Source: an uncultured delta proteobacterium
GTDB lineage: Bacteria; Myxococcota_A; Polyangia; Polyangiales; Polyangiaceae
Direction: 5' to 3'
Length of the DNA stretch: 64,000 bases
NCBI GenBank assembly: GCA_963841435.1
Contig: CAWJCS010000005.1
Location: forward strand, 1-64,000
Of this stretch, positions 26,195 through 36,130 are shown one piece after another; the first letter of the stretch is position 1, and every line of letters begins with the position of its first letter. The position numbers and the translations under genes were made by a program. The notes under the pieces are model-generated. The model searched no databases. It worked only from the letters and a program-made list of their open reading frames with translations, and was not told where the DNA came from.

Positions 26195-28105
26195 ATGCTC
26201 GAGCACTCGAACGTCGCCCGGCTCAGGCCGCGCCTCACCTACCGTGAATTCGGCCTCGAAAAGCTCTACGGGCTCACCGAAGGACTCGGCCTCGCAAAGC
26301 TCTCCGCCCCCGCCCTCACGCTCTTCGACCTCCTAGTCTCGCCCTACGGCGACCTGCCGCTCGGCGGCGAGCCGCTCTGGCCGAGCGACATCACCGACGA
26401 CGGAACGCCATTCGAGCTTTCGGTCGCCTTCAGCCACGGCCGCCCGCTCCTGCGCGTCCTCTCCGAGGCCCAGCGCGCCCCCTTCGACGCCCAGTCCGGC
26501 TGGGAGGCCGCCCTCGCGCTCAACGAGCGGCTCGCTCGCCTGCCCGGCGTCAACCTCGAGCGCTTCGAGCGCGTCGCCCCGATCTTCGCGCCCCGCGCGG
26601 GAGCAACGCCGCGCTTCACCCTCTGGCACGCCGGCACGGTCGAGCCCGATGGGCGCCTGAGCTTCAAGGTCTACCTGAACCCCCGCATCGCCGGCGACGC
26701 GCACGCTCCGGAGCTCGTGCGCGCGGCGCTCGTGGCATGCGGCGCGGCCTATGCGTGGCCACGCCTCGCGGAGCGCCTCACGGCAAACACCGACGTGCTC
26801 TACTTCTCGCTCGATCTCTGCGCGAGCAAGAACGCACGCGTAAAGGTCTACATCGGGCACCGCGGCGCCACCTCGTCGAGCATCGACGCCGAGGTTCGTC
26901 ACGAGCCCGGCTACACGCCGGGGCTCGCCGAGAGCTGGGTCGAGATGCTCACGGGCTCGGAAGGACCGTTCGAAGCGCGGCCGATTCTCACGTGCCACGC
27001 GTTCCGCGGACCCGACCGCGAAGTCGAGGTCACCGTGCACGTTCCGACTCGCTCTTACGTCGACAGCGACGGCGAATCGGCGCTGAGGGCGAGCGAGCTG
27101 CTCGACGCCGTGAGCGCGAAGTCCTTCGTCGGCGGGCTCAAGGCCATGGCGCGCCGGCCCCTCGAGCTGGGGCGGAGCCTGCTCACCTACGTTTCGCTGC
27201 GCCCCGAAGCGGACGGCCCGCGCGTCACCGCGTACCTCGCCCCCGAGGCCTTCGCCATTTCGACGGCTCGGCCCACGGCTCGCCCCACGGCCCACCTCAC
27301 GGAGGCGAGCCCTCAGCCCTTCACGCTGCCGCCCCCGAGTGCGTCCTCGCTCCCGCCGCCCCGCGACACGCTGGTTCGCGCGCTGCGCCACGCGGGCAAA
27401 GCTCCCTCGTGGACGTTCGGAGAGGTCGAGTCGCTGATTTTCGATCAGCGTGACGTCTTCTCGAAGCACCCGTTTCTCAGAAGGCTCGAGGGCTCCGGTC
27501 ACCTCGCAGAGGTGAGCGCCGTCGCGCCACGGCTCACGTTCTTCGTCATGGTGTTCCAGGACATCCTCAGGCTTGCGCGCGCGCTTTCGACGGACCCGGT
27601 GCTCAAGGAGCTCGCCATCAACCACGAGGCGGAGGATCGCGGGCACGACGCGTGGTTCCTCGACGATCTCAAGATCCTCGCGTCGGAGCCCAACGTCACC
27701 TCGCTCTTTTCCGACGACCACGCGCCCACGCGCGACATCGCGTACAAGCTGGTCTCCCTCGTGCTGCGCGCCCAAAACGACGCTACGCGGCTCAGCGTGC
27801 TGCTCGCGCTCGAGGGCGCGGGCGCCGAGTTCTTCGGGCGGATCATCGGGTTCTTGGAGCGGCTCGGACGCACCGAAGGCCTCGCCTACTTCGCGCGCTC
27901 CCACCAGACGGTGGAACAGAACCACGACGTCTTCGGAGAGAGCACGCACGACAGGCTCACCTCGATGCGCATCGAGCCCGCGGCCGTGCCTGAGGTGATC
28001 GAGGCCATCGACGCGACCTTCGCCGCCATGAGTCACCTCGCCAACGTCGCCGAGGAAGCGAGCGCCGCCGCTCTCCACACCCCCGCGAATCGCCTCTCGG
28101 CCTGA
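26195..28105 (+). CDS. DMATS-type aromatic prenyltransferase fused to a heme-oxygenase-like diiron (AetD/BesC-like) domain
   Basis: N-terminal DDGTPFELS, FKVYLNP, YFSLDL, RVKVY, TAYL; Pro-rich linker; C-terminal HxxEDxxH (HEAEDRGH), LALEG, HxxxExxH (HQTVEQNH). Confidence 0.82.
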   Translation: MLEHSNVARLRPRLTYREFGLEKLYGLTEGLGLAKLSAPALTLFDLLVSPYGDLPLGGEPLWPSDITDDGTPFELSVAFSHGRPLLRVLSEAQRAPFDAQSGWEAALALNERLARLPGVNLERFERVAPIFAPRAGATPRFTLWHAGTVEPDGRLSFKVYLNPRIAGDAHAPELVRAALVACGAAYAWPRLAERLTANTDVLYFSLDLCASKNARVKVYIGHRGATSSSIDAEVRHEPGYTPGLAESWVEMLTGSEGPFEARPILTCHAFRGPDREVEVTVHVPTRSYVDSDGESALRASELLDAVSAKSFVGGLKAMARRPLELGRSLLTYVSLRPEADGPRVTAYLAPEAFAISTARPTARPTAHLTEASPQPFTLPPPSASSLPPPRDTLVRALRHAGKAPSWTFGEVESLIFDQRDVFSKHPFLRRLEGSGHLAEVSAVAPRLTFFVMVFQDILRLARALSTDPVLKELAINHEAEDRGHDAWFLDDLKILASEPNVTSLFSDDHAPTRDIAYKLVSLVLRAQNDATRLSVLLALEGAGAEFFGRIIGFLERLGRTEGLAYFARSHQTVEQNHDVFGESTHDRLTSMRIEPAAVPEVIEAIDATFAAMSHLANVAEEASAAALHTPANRLSA

Positions 28106-28119
28106 GGCACGGGCACACG

Positions 28120-29550
28120 ATGACCCCTCCCGACGAAGCTTTCGTCCCCGGACCCGACACCTCGGATGAAGCGCGCGCCGTCGCGAGCCGTGATTTCGGC
28201 GGGCTGTCCCAAGGTCGGACGCGCGAAGTCCTCAAGCCGGGCACGGTCGAGGAGCTCGCACGGGTGGTACGTGCCGCGGCAGGCGATGGCAAGAAGCTCA
28301 CGCCGCGCGGCCGCGGTCTGAGTCAGAGCGGCCAGTCGATCCCGAGGGACGGCTCGAGCCTCGACCTCGGCGATCTGACCGAGCTTGGCACCGTCAACAC
28401 CACGCATCGGCGCGTGTGGGTCGGGCCGGGAGTGACGTTCCGAGGTCTGCTCGCTCACGTGAGCGCGCACGGTCTACGGCCGCCCGTCATGCCGCTGAAC
28501 CTGGACCTCAGCGTGGGCGGCGTGCTCTCCGCCGGCGGCTTCGGGAGCACGAGCTTCTCGCAGGGCGTCGTGGCGTCCCACGTCGCGGCGCTCGACGTCG
28601 TGACGGGGACCGGCGACCTCGTGAGAACGAGCCGCACGGAGCGCCGAGAGGTCTTCGACGCCGTGCTCGGTGGGCTCGGACGTTCGGGCGTCATGGCCCG
28701 CGCAGAGCTCGAGCTGGTGCCGGCGCCTGGAAGAACCCGGATGTACTACCTTTTTTACCAGGAGCTCCCCGTCTTGCTCCGCGACATGGCCGTGCTCGCT
28801 CTGCGCCCGGGGGTGGACCATCTCGAGGGCTTCTGCTCGGCGAGCATCCAGGGCCTCGCGCTCGGACCCAGCGGGCGCCGGGAGCCGCTCGTGCACTGGG
28901 TCTACGGCCTGCACGTGGGCAGCGAGTTCGAGCCGCGCGCGGACCCGCCGGCGGCGAGCCGCCTGCTCGAAGGGCTGAGCTCGCCCCGCCTGCTGAAGGC
29001 CGACGACGACGACACCCGCGCCTTCGCCGCGCGCTACGACCTGCGCTTCGAGATGATGCGGCAGAGCGGCGCTTGGGGCCAGGCGCACCCCTGGCTCGAG
29101 TGTCTCTTGCCGTTCGAGGGAGCGGCGGACGTGATCGCGCAGGCGCTCGCGCTCCTGCCGCCCTTTCTCGGTGATGGTCACCGCTTGTTCCTCGTCGCCG
29201 CGGACGAGCGACCCTATGCGGTGGCCTTCCCGAACGCCGAAAAGGTGCTCGGCTTCGCCGTGCTGCCAGCGGGCGTGCCGGAGCCGCTCTTGCCGGCGGC
29301 GCTCGCCGCGCTTCGGCGCGTCGAGGACCTTTTGCTGCGCGCGGGCGGCAAACGCTACCTTTCCGGCTATCTCGGCGAGATGACGGAAGACCGATGGCGG
29401 GCGCACTACGGCAAGCGCTACGACGAGCTGGTGCGCCGTCAGTCCGCGCTCGACCCGGCGGGTGTGTTCGAATCGTGCCTCGGGGCGCTCGGCACGCCGC
29501 CGGCAAGCGCCGCGCGGGCGCTGCCCGACGCCGTCGCGAAAGCGCGTTGA
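28120..29550 (+). CDS. FAD-binding oxidoreductase, VAO/PCMH family, cytokinin-dehydrogenase-like
   Basis: PRGRGLSQSGQ, LSVGGVLSAGGFG, VVTGTG, LGGLG, HPWL, YL...W..HYG, DPAG. Confidence 0.85.
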   Translation: MTPPDEAFVPGPDTSDEARAVASRDFGGLSQGRTREVLKPGTVEELARVVRAAAGDGKKLTPRGRGLSQSGQSIPRDGSSLDLGDLTELGTVNTTHRRVWVGPGVTFRGLLAHVSAHGLRPPVMPLNLDLSVGGVLSAGGFGSTSFSQGVVASHVAALDVVTGTGDLVRTSRTERREVFDAVLGGLGRSGVMARAELELVPAPGRTRMYYLFYQELPVLLRDMAVLALRPGVDHLEGFCSASIQGLALGPSGRREPLVHWVYGLHVGSEFEPRADPPAASRLLEGLSSPRLLKADDDDTRAFAARYDLRFEMMRQSGAWGQAHPWLECLLPFEGAADVIAQALALLPPFLGDGHRLFLVAADERPYAVAFPNAEKVLGFAVLPAGVPEPLLPAALAALRRVEDLLLRAGGKRYLSGYLGEMTEDRWRAHYGKRYDELVRRQSALDPAGVFESCLGALGTPPASAARALPDAVAKAR

Positions 29551-29567
29551 GCCGGCCAGGGGCCCGC

Positions 29568-30726
29568 TCAGAGCTCGCCACGCAGGGCCTGCTCGACGAG
29601 CTCCGCCGTCGCACGACCGGACGTCACCGCATCGTCGAGCCCGTACCCCCACCCCGGCGGCGGGGCGAGGTAGTCGCCCGCGAGGAAGAGGCGCCGCGTG
29701 GCGCGTGACGACGCGTCCCGCTTGAGCCTCTGGTAGTCGGCGCCGAGCACGGTGCCCGACAGGGCCCAGCGCTTCACGTGGGAGGTCGCCATCGTGACGT
29801 CGAGGCCCGAGACGCCGAGACGCGCGACGCCCCGCCGCGCGCTTTCGACGAGGGCCCGATCGTCGAGAGCGTCAGCGTGACGGACGCATGCATCCTCGGC
29901 AAAGTAGACGTAAAACACGTGGCGTCGCCGATCGACGCTCGCCTGGTGCATCACGAGCGACAGCTCGAGATCGGGCGTGACGACGAAGCGGAAATCCGGC
30001 TCGAGCGTCGCGCCCTCGAGCTCGAACGCCACCACGGTGTAGCGCGCGTAGCGCACCGATTCGAGGAAAGCACCGACGGCCGGCGCCGGGTGCTCGACGA
30101 GCGCGCGCGCCGCCGTTGCCGGCGTTGCAACGATGACCACCCGCGCCGCGAGCTCGGCCTGGGCGCCGCTGGTCGCTCGAACGAAGATCTTCACGTCGTT
30201 CTCGCTCTCGACGAGGCGCACGACGGAGGTGCCGAGCGCGAGCTCGGCGGAGACCGCCCCCTCGAGCCGCTCGACGAGCCCCACGTTCCCACCCTCGTAG
30301 TGGTCCGGGTACCAGTTGACGACGGCGTCGTTCTGCCGGGTCGGTGCGTACTCCTCTGGGCTGCCCGGGTGGATCTCGATGGAACAGCTCGGGCAGCGTG
30401 CGCGACGCCTCGTCGTCCGTCAGCTGCGCGAGGAGCTCGCGGGCCGTGGGAGCGACGACGAGCTTTTCGCCGACGAGCGCAGCGACGGGAAAGCGCTCCT
30501 TTATCAAGGCTCCGGGAGGGGGGGCGCCCGGCGGGGCGAGGCTCGGACGGTAAGCAAAACAGGCCCCCAAATCGATGCTCGCGCCGGCGCGAGCCAGCGT
30601 GGCGACGCGCCCCCCGACGCGAGCCTCGCTCTCGACGATGAGGACATGGCGTCCGGCGAGCCCGGAAGCCGCCGACAGGCCCGCGACGCCCGCGCCGATC
30701 ACCACCACGTCGTGAGCCTCGGTCAC
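29568..30726 (-). CDS. Flavin-dependent amine-oxidase/protoporphyrinogen-oxidase-like oxidoreductase; frameshift near 30377
   Basis: VVVIGAGVAGL, VGGRV, LFLAGDY, AVTSG; the halves join by removing one base (LFH-QIHPGS). Confidence 0.75.
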
Positions 30727-30755
30727 CGGGCGCCGCATACCACGACCTCGACCCC

Positions 30756-30785
30756 GCACCGTACCGTACCGTACCGTACCGCACC
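30756..30785. repeat. Pentanucleotide microsatellite GCACC(GTACC)4GCACC
   Basis: Read directly; intergenic between divergent genes. Confidence 0.9.
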
Positions 30786-30958
30786 CTCTCCTACCCCGGC
30801 GCCCCTTGTGCGACAGACACCCCTCCCCTTGCCCCTCCGCGCCTCTGGGGCCCGGTGACCGCGAAACCGTGCCCCGCAAACGATTCCCTGCGCCGGACGA
30901 GCGCCATATGCGACGCTTGCTCTAAAGCGTGGCCCGACGGCGGCCGTAGCTCGTAACG

Positions 30959-31561
30959 ATGTTGCTCGCCTCGACGCCCCAGCCTGGAAAGCGAATCGTA
31001 GGGCGCGCCCCTGTCACGGTGCACGCCCGCGACGACGCCCACTGCGTGGGAACCTGGAAGAACGTCGCCATCTCGGTGTGGCGCACCCAGACCCGACCGG
31101 CGGCCGTGGCGAGGATGTCCCAGATCCTAGGAGAGCTCGTGAGTCGGCACCACGACGTGGCGCTCATCCAGGTCGTCGAAGGCGGAGCGACCGCGCCCGA
31201 CGCCGACGCGCGGCGCGCGATTTCGACGATGCTGCGGCTCTATTCGGACTCCATCCGGTGCTCGGCCGTCGTGTTCGAGAGCGATGGATTTCGGGCGGCG
31301 ACGCTGCGGGCCGTGGTGACGGGAATCGCCCTCTTGAGTCGCCCGCCGTACCCTCACGTCGTGTTCGCGTCGACGATCGCCGCCATCAACTGGACCGCGC
31401 GCCACTTCGCCGCGGATGGTCCGGACTTCGCCGAGGAGGCTCGCGATGCCGTCTCCGAGCTCCGGAGGGCGCTCGACCGACCGCCCTCGTTCCGACCAGG
31501 CCCCGGGCTCGTGACCGCGAAGCCAAGTGCCGCACCGGGTACCGGCGGTCTAGGTCGTTGA
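30959..31561 (+). CDS. Hypothetical protein, STAS/SpoIIAA-like
   Basis: PDADARRAI...SAVVFESDGFRAATLRAVVTGI...PHVVF pattern common in Polyangiales. Confidence 0.65.
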   Translation: MLLASTPQPGKRIVGRAPVTVHARDDAHCVGTWKNVAISVWRTQTRPAAVARMSQILGELVSRHHDVALIQVVEGGATAPDADARRAISTMLRLYSDSIRCSAVVFESDGFRAATLRAVVTGIALLSRPPYPHVVFASTIAAINWTARHFAADGPDFAEEARDAVSELRRALDRPPSFRPGPGLVTAKPSAAPGTGGLGR

Positions 31562-31663
31562 TGTTGCCTAGTTCTTTCACAAGCTAGACGCTCCCGTCAC
31601 CGAGCGAGTCTAACTACTCTCTACCGTGAGCAACGGGCCGGTCCCGTCGCGAGCGGAGGCAGT

Positions 31664-32372
31664 ATGCATATCTCGGTCATCTCCGACCTTCACTTAGGGT
31701 CGGGCGGAGCGGCAGACGGGTTCGGACACGACGACGCCGAGTTTCTCTCCTTTTTGGACTTCCTGGAGGGAAACTTCGAAAAGATTCGTGCTCCTCGGTG
31801 ACATTTGGGAAACGCTGACGGGCAAGCTCCCGGGGGACACCGTGGGCGAGCTCAGGGCGGCCCAGCGCACCCACGCAGAAATCGCGGAGCGCTTCGGGCG
31901 CTCAAAATACCTGCAGGTCTCGGGCAATCACGACCTGGTCACCCAGGAGGTGGACGGCGTGCCCGAGGAGGTCGTCGTCGTGGCCGACGGCGTGCGCATG
32001 CTGTTCACCCACGGGCACCAGAGCGACGCGCTCGTGACCGACGGCATGGGAGCGGCGGAGTACGGGGTCTGGCTCGGCGGCTGGGCACGACGGCTCCACC
32101 TCGATCCCATCTACCAATTCGGCAACTGGCTCGACAACGTTCGCGGCGGCATCTCGGTGCACAGCGAGCGCTGTGCGTTCCAGCGGGCGTGGATGGGTCG
32201 AGCCGAGCGGCGCGAGATGGACGTGATGATCACGGGCCACACGCACCTCGCGACCCGCGCCGAGCACGGCGCCCGGCTCTACCTCAACAGCGGCTCGTGC
32301 AGCGAAGGCAAGTTCAGCTACCTCGCGATCGACACGCGGCTCGGCAGCTACACGGTGCACACGGGCTACTGA
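31664..32372 (+). CDS. Calcineurin-like metallophosphoesterase; frameshift near 31786
   Basis: GGAGG RBS; ISDLHLG, LLGDIWE, GNHD, HGH, GHTH, NSG motifs across two frames. Confidence 0.85.
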
Positions 32373-32446
32373 GGCCCGACTCGCGGGGCGAGCGCCGCTG
32401 GGCAGAGCCGCGCGCGGGCACCGTCGTGTAAGCTACCCGCGCCCGC

Positions 32447-33277
32447 GTGCGTCGTTCCGTCACCGTGGCCCTCGGCATCTCGGGGGCGCTCCTCATGGCC
32501 GCCCCTTCGCGGGCCGAGCCGGGCTGCGACCGCGCGGCGCCGTGGAACCGCCTCGGCGACGCCGCGAAGAACTACGCCGCGCCGTTGCCGCTCGGTCTCA
32601 CGGCGGCAAGCGCCATCCCTCCTCTCACGCTCGCCACGACGTCCGGCGATCACCGCCTGCGCGTGTTCGCCCAGACCACGCTCGGCGGGAGCTATCGCGC
32701 CGAGCCCGTCAGCTACTACGCGCCGTTCGTGGTGGGCGCGGGAGCTCTCGGGACCGTCGCCGTCGCGGCGCTCGGAGGTTCCTGCAAGGTGCAGCGCCCG
32801 GCGGCGGCCGTGCTCCAGGCGATGGTGCTTGGCCTTGCGGTGACCGGGCTCTCGAAGTGGGCGATCGGTCGCGGCTGGCCGAACGCCGGCCTCGACCCTC
32901 ACGCGCCCGACCGCCTGGACCATCCCGAGCGGGCGCACGTCTTTCGCCCGTTCGTAAACGGCCTCGGCGCCTTCCCGAGCGGCCACACGCTATCGATGAT
33001 GGCCGCGGCGGCGGCGTTCCGCACGGCCGCGCCCGAGCTCGGGGTGGTTTCCTACGTGGGGTATCCGCTCGCGCTCGGCGTGGGGTTCGGCATGTGGTTC
33101 GGCGACCGGCACTGGGCGTCCGACGTGCTTTCGGGCGCGCTGCTCGGCGAGGCCGTCGGCTCGAGCGTGGGCCGAAGCTTCAGAGTGACGGACGACGGAG
33201 CGAAGGGCGCCACGCGGTCGTTGTGGGTCGCGCCCGTCGCGGGCGGCGCCGTCGCCTTCTACGGCGGCGCGTTCTAG
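32447..33277 (+). CDS. PAP2-family phosphatase
   Basis: KWAIGRGWP, FPSGHT, RHWASDV motifs with TM helices. Confidence 0.85.
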   Translation: MRRSVTVALGISGALLMAAPSRAEPGCDRAAPWNRLGDAAKNYAAPLPLGLTAASAIPPLTLATTSGDHRLRVFAQTTLGGSYRAEPVSYYAPFVVGAGALGTVAVAALGGSCKVQRPAAAVLQAMVLGLAVTGLSKWAIGRGWPNAGLDPHAPDRLDHPERAHVFRPFVNGLGAFPSGHTLSMMAAAAAFRTAAPELGVVSYVGYPLALGVGFGMWFGDRHWASDVLSGALLGEAVGSSVGRSFRVTDDGAKGATRSLWVAPVAGGAVAFYGGAF

Positions 33278-33369
33278 TGAGCTCTGTCCAGCCCCTCCGT
33301 GGAACGGTGCGCCTCGACGTCATTTCGGCGAGGCACGGGGGTCGCCTCAACCAAGCTCCCGTTGGAGTG

Positions 33370-34164
33370 CTAGACGGCGCCGCCCAGCACGTCGGCGAGC
33401 GTGTAGCGCGCGGCAGGCTTGCCGATCACGAAGCGCGCGGCACGGAGCGCGCCGTTCGCGAACAGCTCGCGGTGGGTGGCGCGGTGCGAAAGCTCGAGCC
33501 GCTCGCCGTTGCCGAGCAAGAGCACGCTGTGGTCGCCGATCACGTCGCCGCCACGAAGCGCCACGACGCCGACCTCGTTCGAGCCGCGCGGCCCGACGTC
33601 ACCGGACCTCAGGTGTTGCTCGACGAGCTCCGGACGAGCGGCGCGAGCGGCCTCGACGAGGCGCTTGGCGGTGCCGCTCGGCGCGTCCACCTTGCGGCGA
33701 TGGTGCACCTCCACGACCTCGACGTCGAAGTCGGCGCCGAGGCGCCGCACCGCTTGCTCGACGAGCTCCGCGAGCACCTGAATGCCGACGCTCATGTTGG
33801 GGGCCCAGAGCACCGGCACGGCCGTCGCGGCGCGTTCGAGCGCGGCCTTTGCGGCGGCGTCGAGGCTCGTCGTGCCCGAAACCATCGCCACGCCGCTGCG
33901 CGCCGCCACGCCGGCGAGCACGGCGACCGCCGACCCGACCGAAAAATCGACGACGACGTCGGCGCCGAGCAGCGCGGCGCCCACGTCCGGGCTCGCGACG
34001 ACGCCGAGCGCGCCGACGCCGGCGAGCTCACCGAGATCGCGCCCCAGGGCGGCATCGTCCGCGGAGCAGGCCCCACCGACGATCTCGACGTCGGACGTGG
34101 CGCGAGCGGCGCGGATCACCGCGAGGCCCATGCGCCCCGTGGCGCCGTGAACGGCGAGCCTCAC
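33370..34164 (-). CDS. dapB: 4-hydroxy-tetrahydrodipicolinate reductase
   Basis: GATGRMG, VVDFS, GTT, EVHHRRKVDAPSGTA, RGGDVIGDH. Confidence 0.96.
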   Translation of the reverse strand: MRLAVHGATGRMGLAVIRAARATSDVEIVGGACSADDAALGRDLGELAGVGALGVVASPDVGAALLGADVVVDFSVGSAVAVLAGVAARSGVAMVSGTTSLDAAAKAALERAATAVPVLWAPNMSVGIQVLAELVEQAVRRLGADFDVEVVEVHHRRKVDAPSGTAKRLVEAARAARPELVEQHLRSGDVGPRGSNEVGVVALRGGDVIGDHSVLLLGNGERLELSHRATHRELFANGALRAARFVIGKPAARYTLADVLGGAV

Positions 34165-35060
34165 GCCGAGGCCTCGTACGCCGACAGCAGCTCCGCCAGA
34201 CGGCCCTTGAGCGTCGGGCTCGCCTCGACGAGCGGCGAGCGCACGCTGGCGCTCGGGAAGAGTCCCTTGTGGACGAGCGCCGCCTTGACGGGCGCCGGGC
34301 TCGGCTCGGCGAACAGCGCGCGGTGCACGGGGTAGAGCGCGAGGTGCTTCGCGCGCGCCGCGGCGTGTCGCCCCGCGGCGAAGTCGTCGACGACGGCATT
34401 GACGGCGCGCGGGTAAACGTTGCTCGTGACGCTGATGACGCCGCGCGCGCCGACGGCGAGCATCGGCAGGGTGAGCGGATCGTCACCGGAGAGCACGGCA
34501 ATGCGGTCGCCGCCCTTCGCGAGCAGCTCCTGGCAGTAAAGGACGCCTCCGGAGGCGTCCTTCAGGCCCACGACGGTCGGGCAAAGCTCGAGAATCCTGA
34601 GCAAGGTGTCCACCGAGAGCTCCACGCCGCTCCGCGCGGGAATGTTGTAGAGCACGAGCGGCCCGGGCACGGCCTGCGCGACGAGCGTCACGTGGCGCAG
34701 CAGGCCGTCCTGCGAAGGACGGCTGTAATACGGCACGACGAGCATCGCGCCGTCGGCGCCGGCGTCGAACGCGGCGCGCGTCGCCTCGATGGTCTTCCTC
34801 GTATCGTTCGTGCCGGTTCCGGCGAGAACCAGCGCCCGACCGCGCAGCACGCGCACCGTGCGCGCCACGAGCTCGCGCTGCTCGGCGTCCGACAGCGTGG
34901 GCGCCTCGCCCGTCGTGCCGCAAGGAACGACGCCACGCACGCCACCTGCGACCTGCGCCTCGAGGAGCGCTTCGTAGGCCGACCAGTCGATGTCGTACTC
35001 CGACGAGGAGAACGGCGTCGCGAGCGCCGTATACGTGCCAGAAAGGTCGAGAGAAGCCAT
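34161..35060 (-). CDS. dapA: 4-hydroxy-tetrahydrodipicolinate synthase
   Basis: GTTGE, PYY, LYNIPARSG, GLKDASG, LSGDD, GVISV; overlaps the dapB start. Confidence 0.96.
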   Translation of the reverse strand: MASLDLSGTYTALATPFSSSEYDIDWSAYEALLEAQVAGGVRGVVPCGTTGEAPTLSDAEQRELVARTVRVLRGRALVLAGTGTNDTRKTIEATRAAFDAGADGAMLVVPYYSRPSQDGLLRHVTLVAQAVPGPLVLYNIPARSGVELSVDTLLRILELCPTVVGLKDASGGVLYCQELLAKGGDRIAVLSGDDPLTLPMLAVGARGVISVTSNVYPRAVNAVVDDFAAGRHAAARAKHLALYPVHRALFAEPSPAPVKAALVHKGLFPSASVRSPLVEASPTLKGRLAELLSAYEASA

Positions 35061-35196
35061 GGGGCCCCCGACCTATGTCCCTTCCGGCGACGCGAAGCAA
35101 GTCGCGGGCGGATCGCGAAGAGCCGCGACGCCGCGCGGGATTGTGGCCCGCACATTGACCGCGGACCTTAGCCGGGTTCTCCTGGGGGTCCGAGCA

Positions 35197-36078
35197 ATGA
35201 GCTCCGACACGCTGTTTCCGGAGCGGCGGACGCGCATCTCCTTCGCGTCGGTGCTGCCGAGCGGACCCGACCGGCCATGCCTGGTCGTCATCGCGGGCCC
35301 GGAGCTCGGACGGCGCGTGGAGCTCGCTGCCGAAACCGTTGACATCGGCCGCGGCGAGCAGTGTGCGCTCACCATCAACAGCGATCTGGTGAGCCGTCAC
35401 CACGCGACCGTCGTCCGCACGGGCGAGCACCACGCGATCCGCGACGAGAACAGCACCAACGGCACGTTCGTCAACGACCAGCGCGTTGACGGCTCGCTCG
35501 ACCTCGAAGACGGCGATCAGATCAAGATCGGGCGCACCGTGCTCAAGTACACGAGAAGCTTGCTCGAGGTCGGCTACCTGGAGCACGTCATGGGGCTGGC
35601 AACGCACGACGCGCTCACGGGCATATTCAACAAGCGGCGCTTCGACGAGGCCTTCCCCGCGGAGGCAAAGCGGGCCGCCAGCGGCAAGCGGCCCCTCAGC
35701 CTCGTCGTGTTCGACATCGACTTCTTCAAGCGCATCAACGACACGCGCGGCCACTCCGCTGGCGACGCCGTGCTGCGCGAGCTCACGGGCGTCGCGAAGG
35801 CGTGCCTGAACGACACCGACCTTCTGGCTCGCGTCGGCGGCGAGGAGTTTGCGGTTTTGCTCCCCGAGCCGCTCGAGAGCGCTCGTGCAAAATCCGAAAG
35901 GTTGCGCGCCGCCGTCGAGGCGCACGATTTTCGCTGGGACGGAGAGCGCGTGCCGATCACCATCAGCGTGGGCGTCGCGGAGCTCGGTACCGACGAGGGG
36001 CCGGAGGCGCTCTACGTGCGCACGGACACCCTGCTCTACCAGTCCAAGCACGGCGGAAGAAACCAGGTCAGCGGTTAG
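35197..36078 (+). CDS. FHA-domain diguanylate cyclase
   Basis: FHA (IGR, VSRHHA, STNGTFVN); DALTG, DIDFFKRIND..GH..GD, RVGGEEF. Confidence 0.93.
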   Translation: MSSDTLFPERRTRISFASVLPSGPDRPCLVVIAGPELGRRVELAAETVDIGRGEQCALTINSDLVSRHHATVVRTGEHHAIRDENSTNGTFVNDQRVDGSLDLEDGDQIKIGRTVLKYTRSLLEVGYLEHVMGLATHDALTGIFNKRRFDEAFPAEAKRAASGKRPLSLVVFDIDFFKRINDTRGHSAGDAVLRELTGVAKACLNDTDLLARVGGEEFAVLLPEPLESARAKSERLRAAVEAHDFRWDGERVPITISVGVAELGTDEGPEALYVRTDTLLYQSKHGGRNQVSG

Positions 36079-36130
36079 GACACGCGTGGCACCTGCCGCA
36101 CCGGACGGCAGCGGCTATATTCCGACGCCC

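Noticed and set aside
28120-29550. Cytokinin synthesis/degradation (fas-like) locus
   Set aside because: The neighbouring prenyltransferase is DMATS-type, not an adenylate isopentenyltransferase, and no LOG gene is present.
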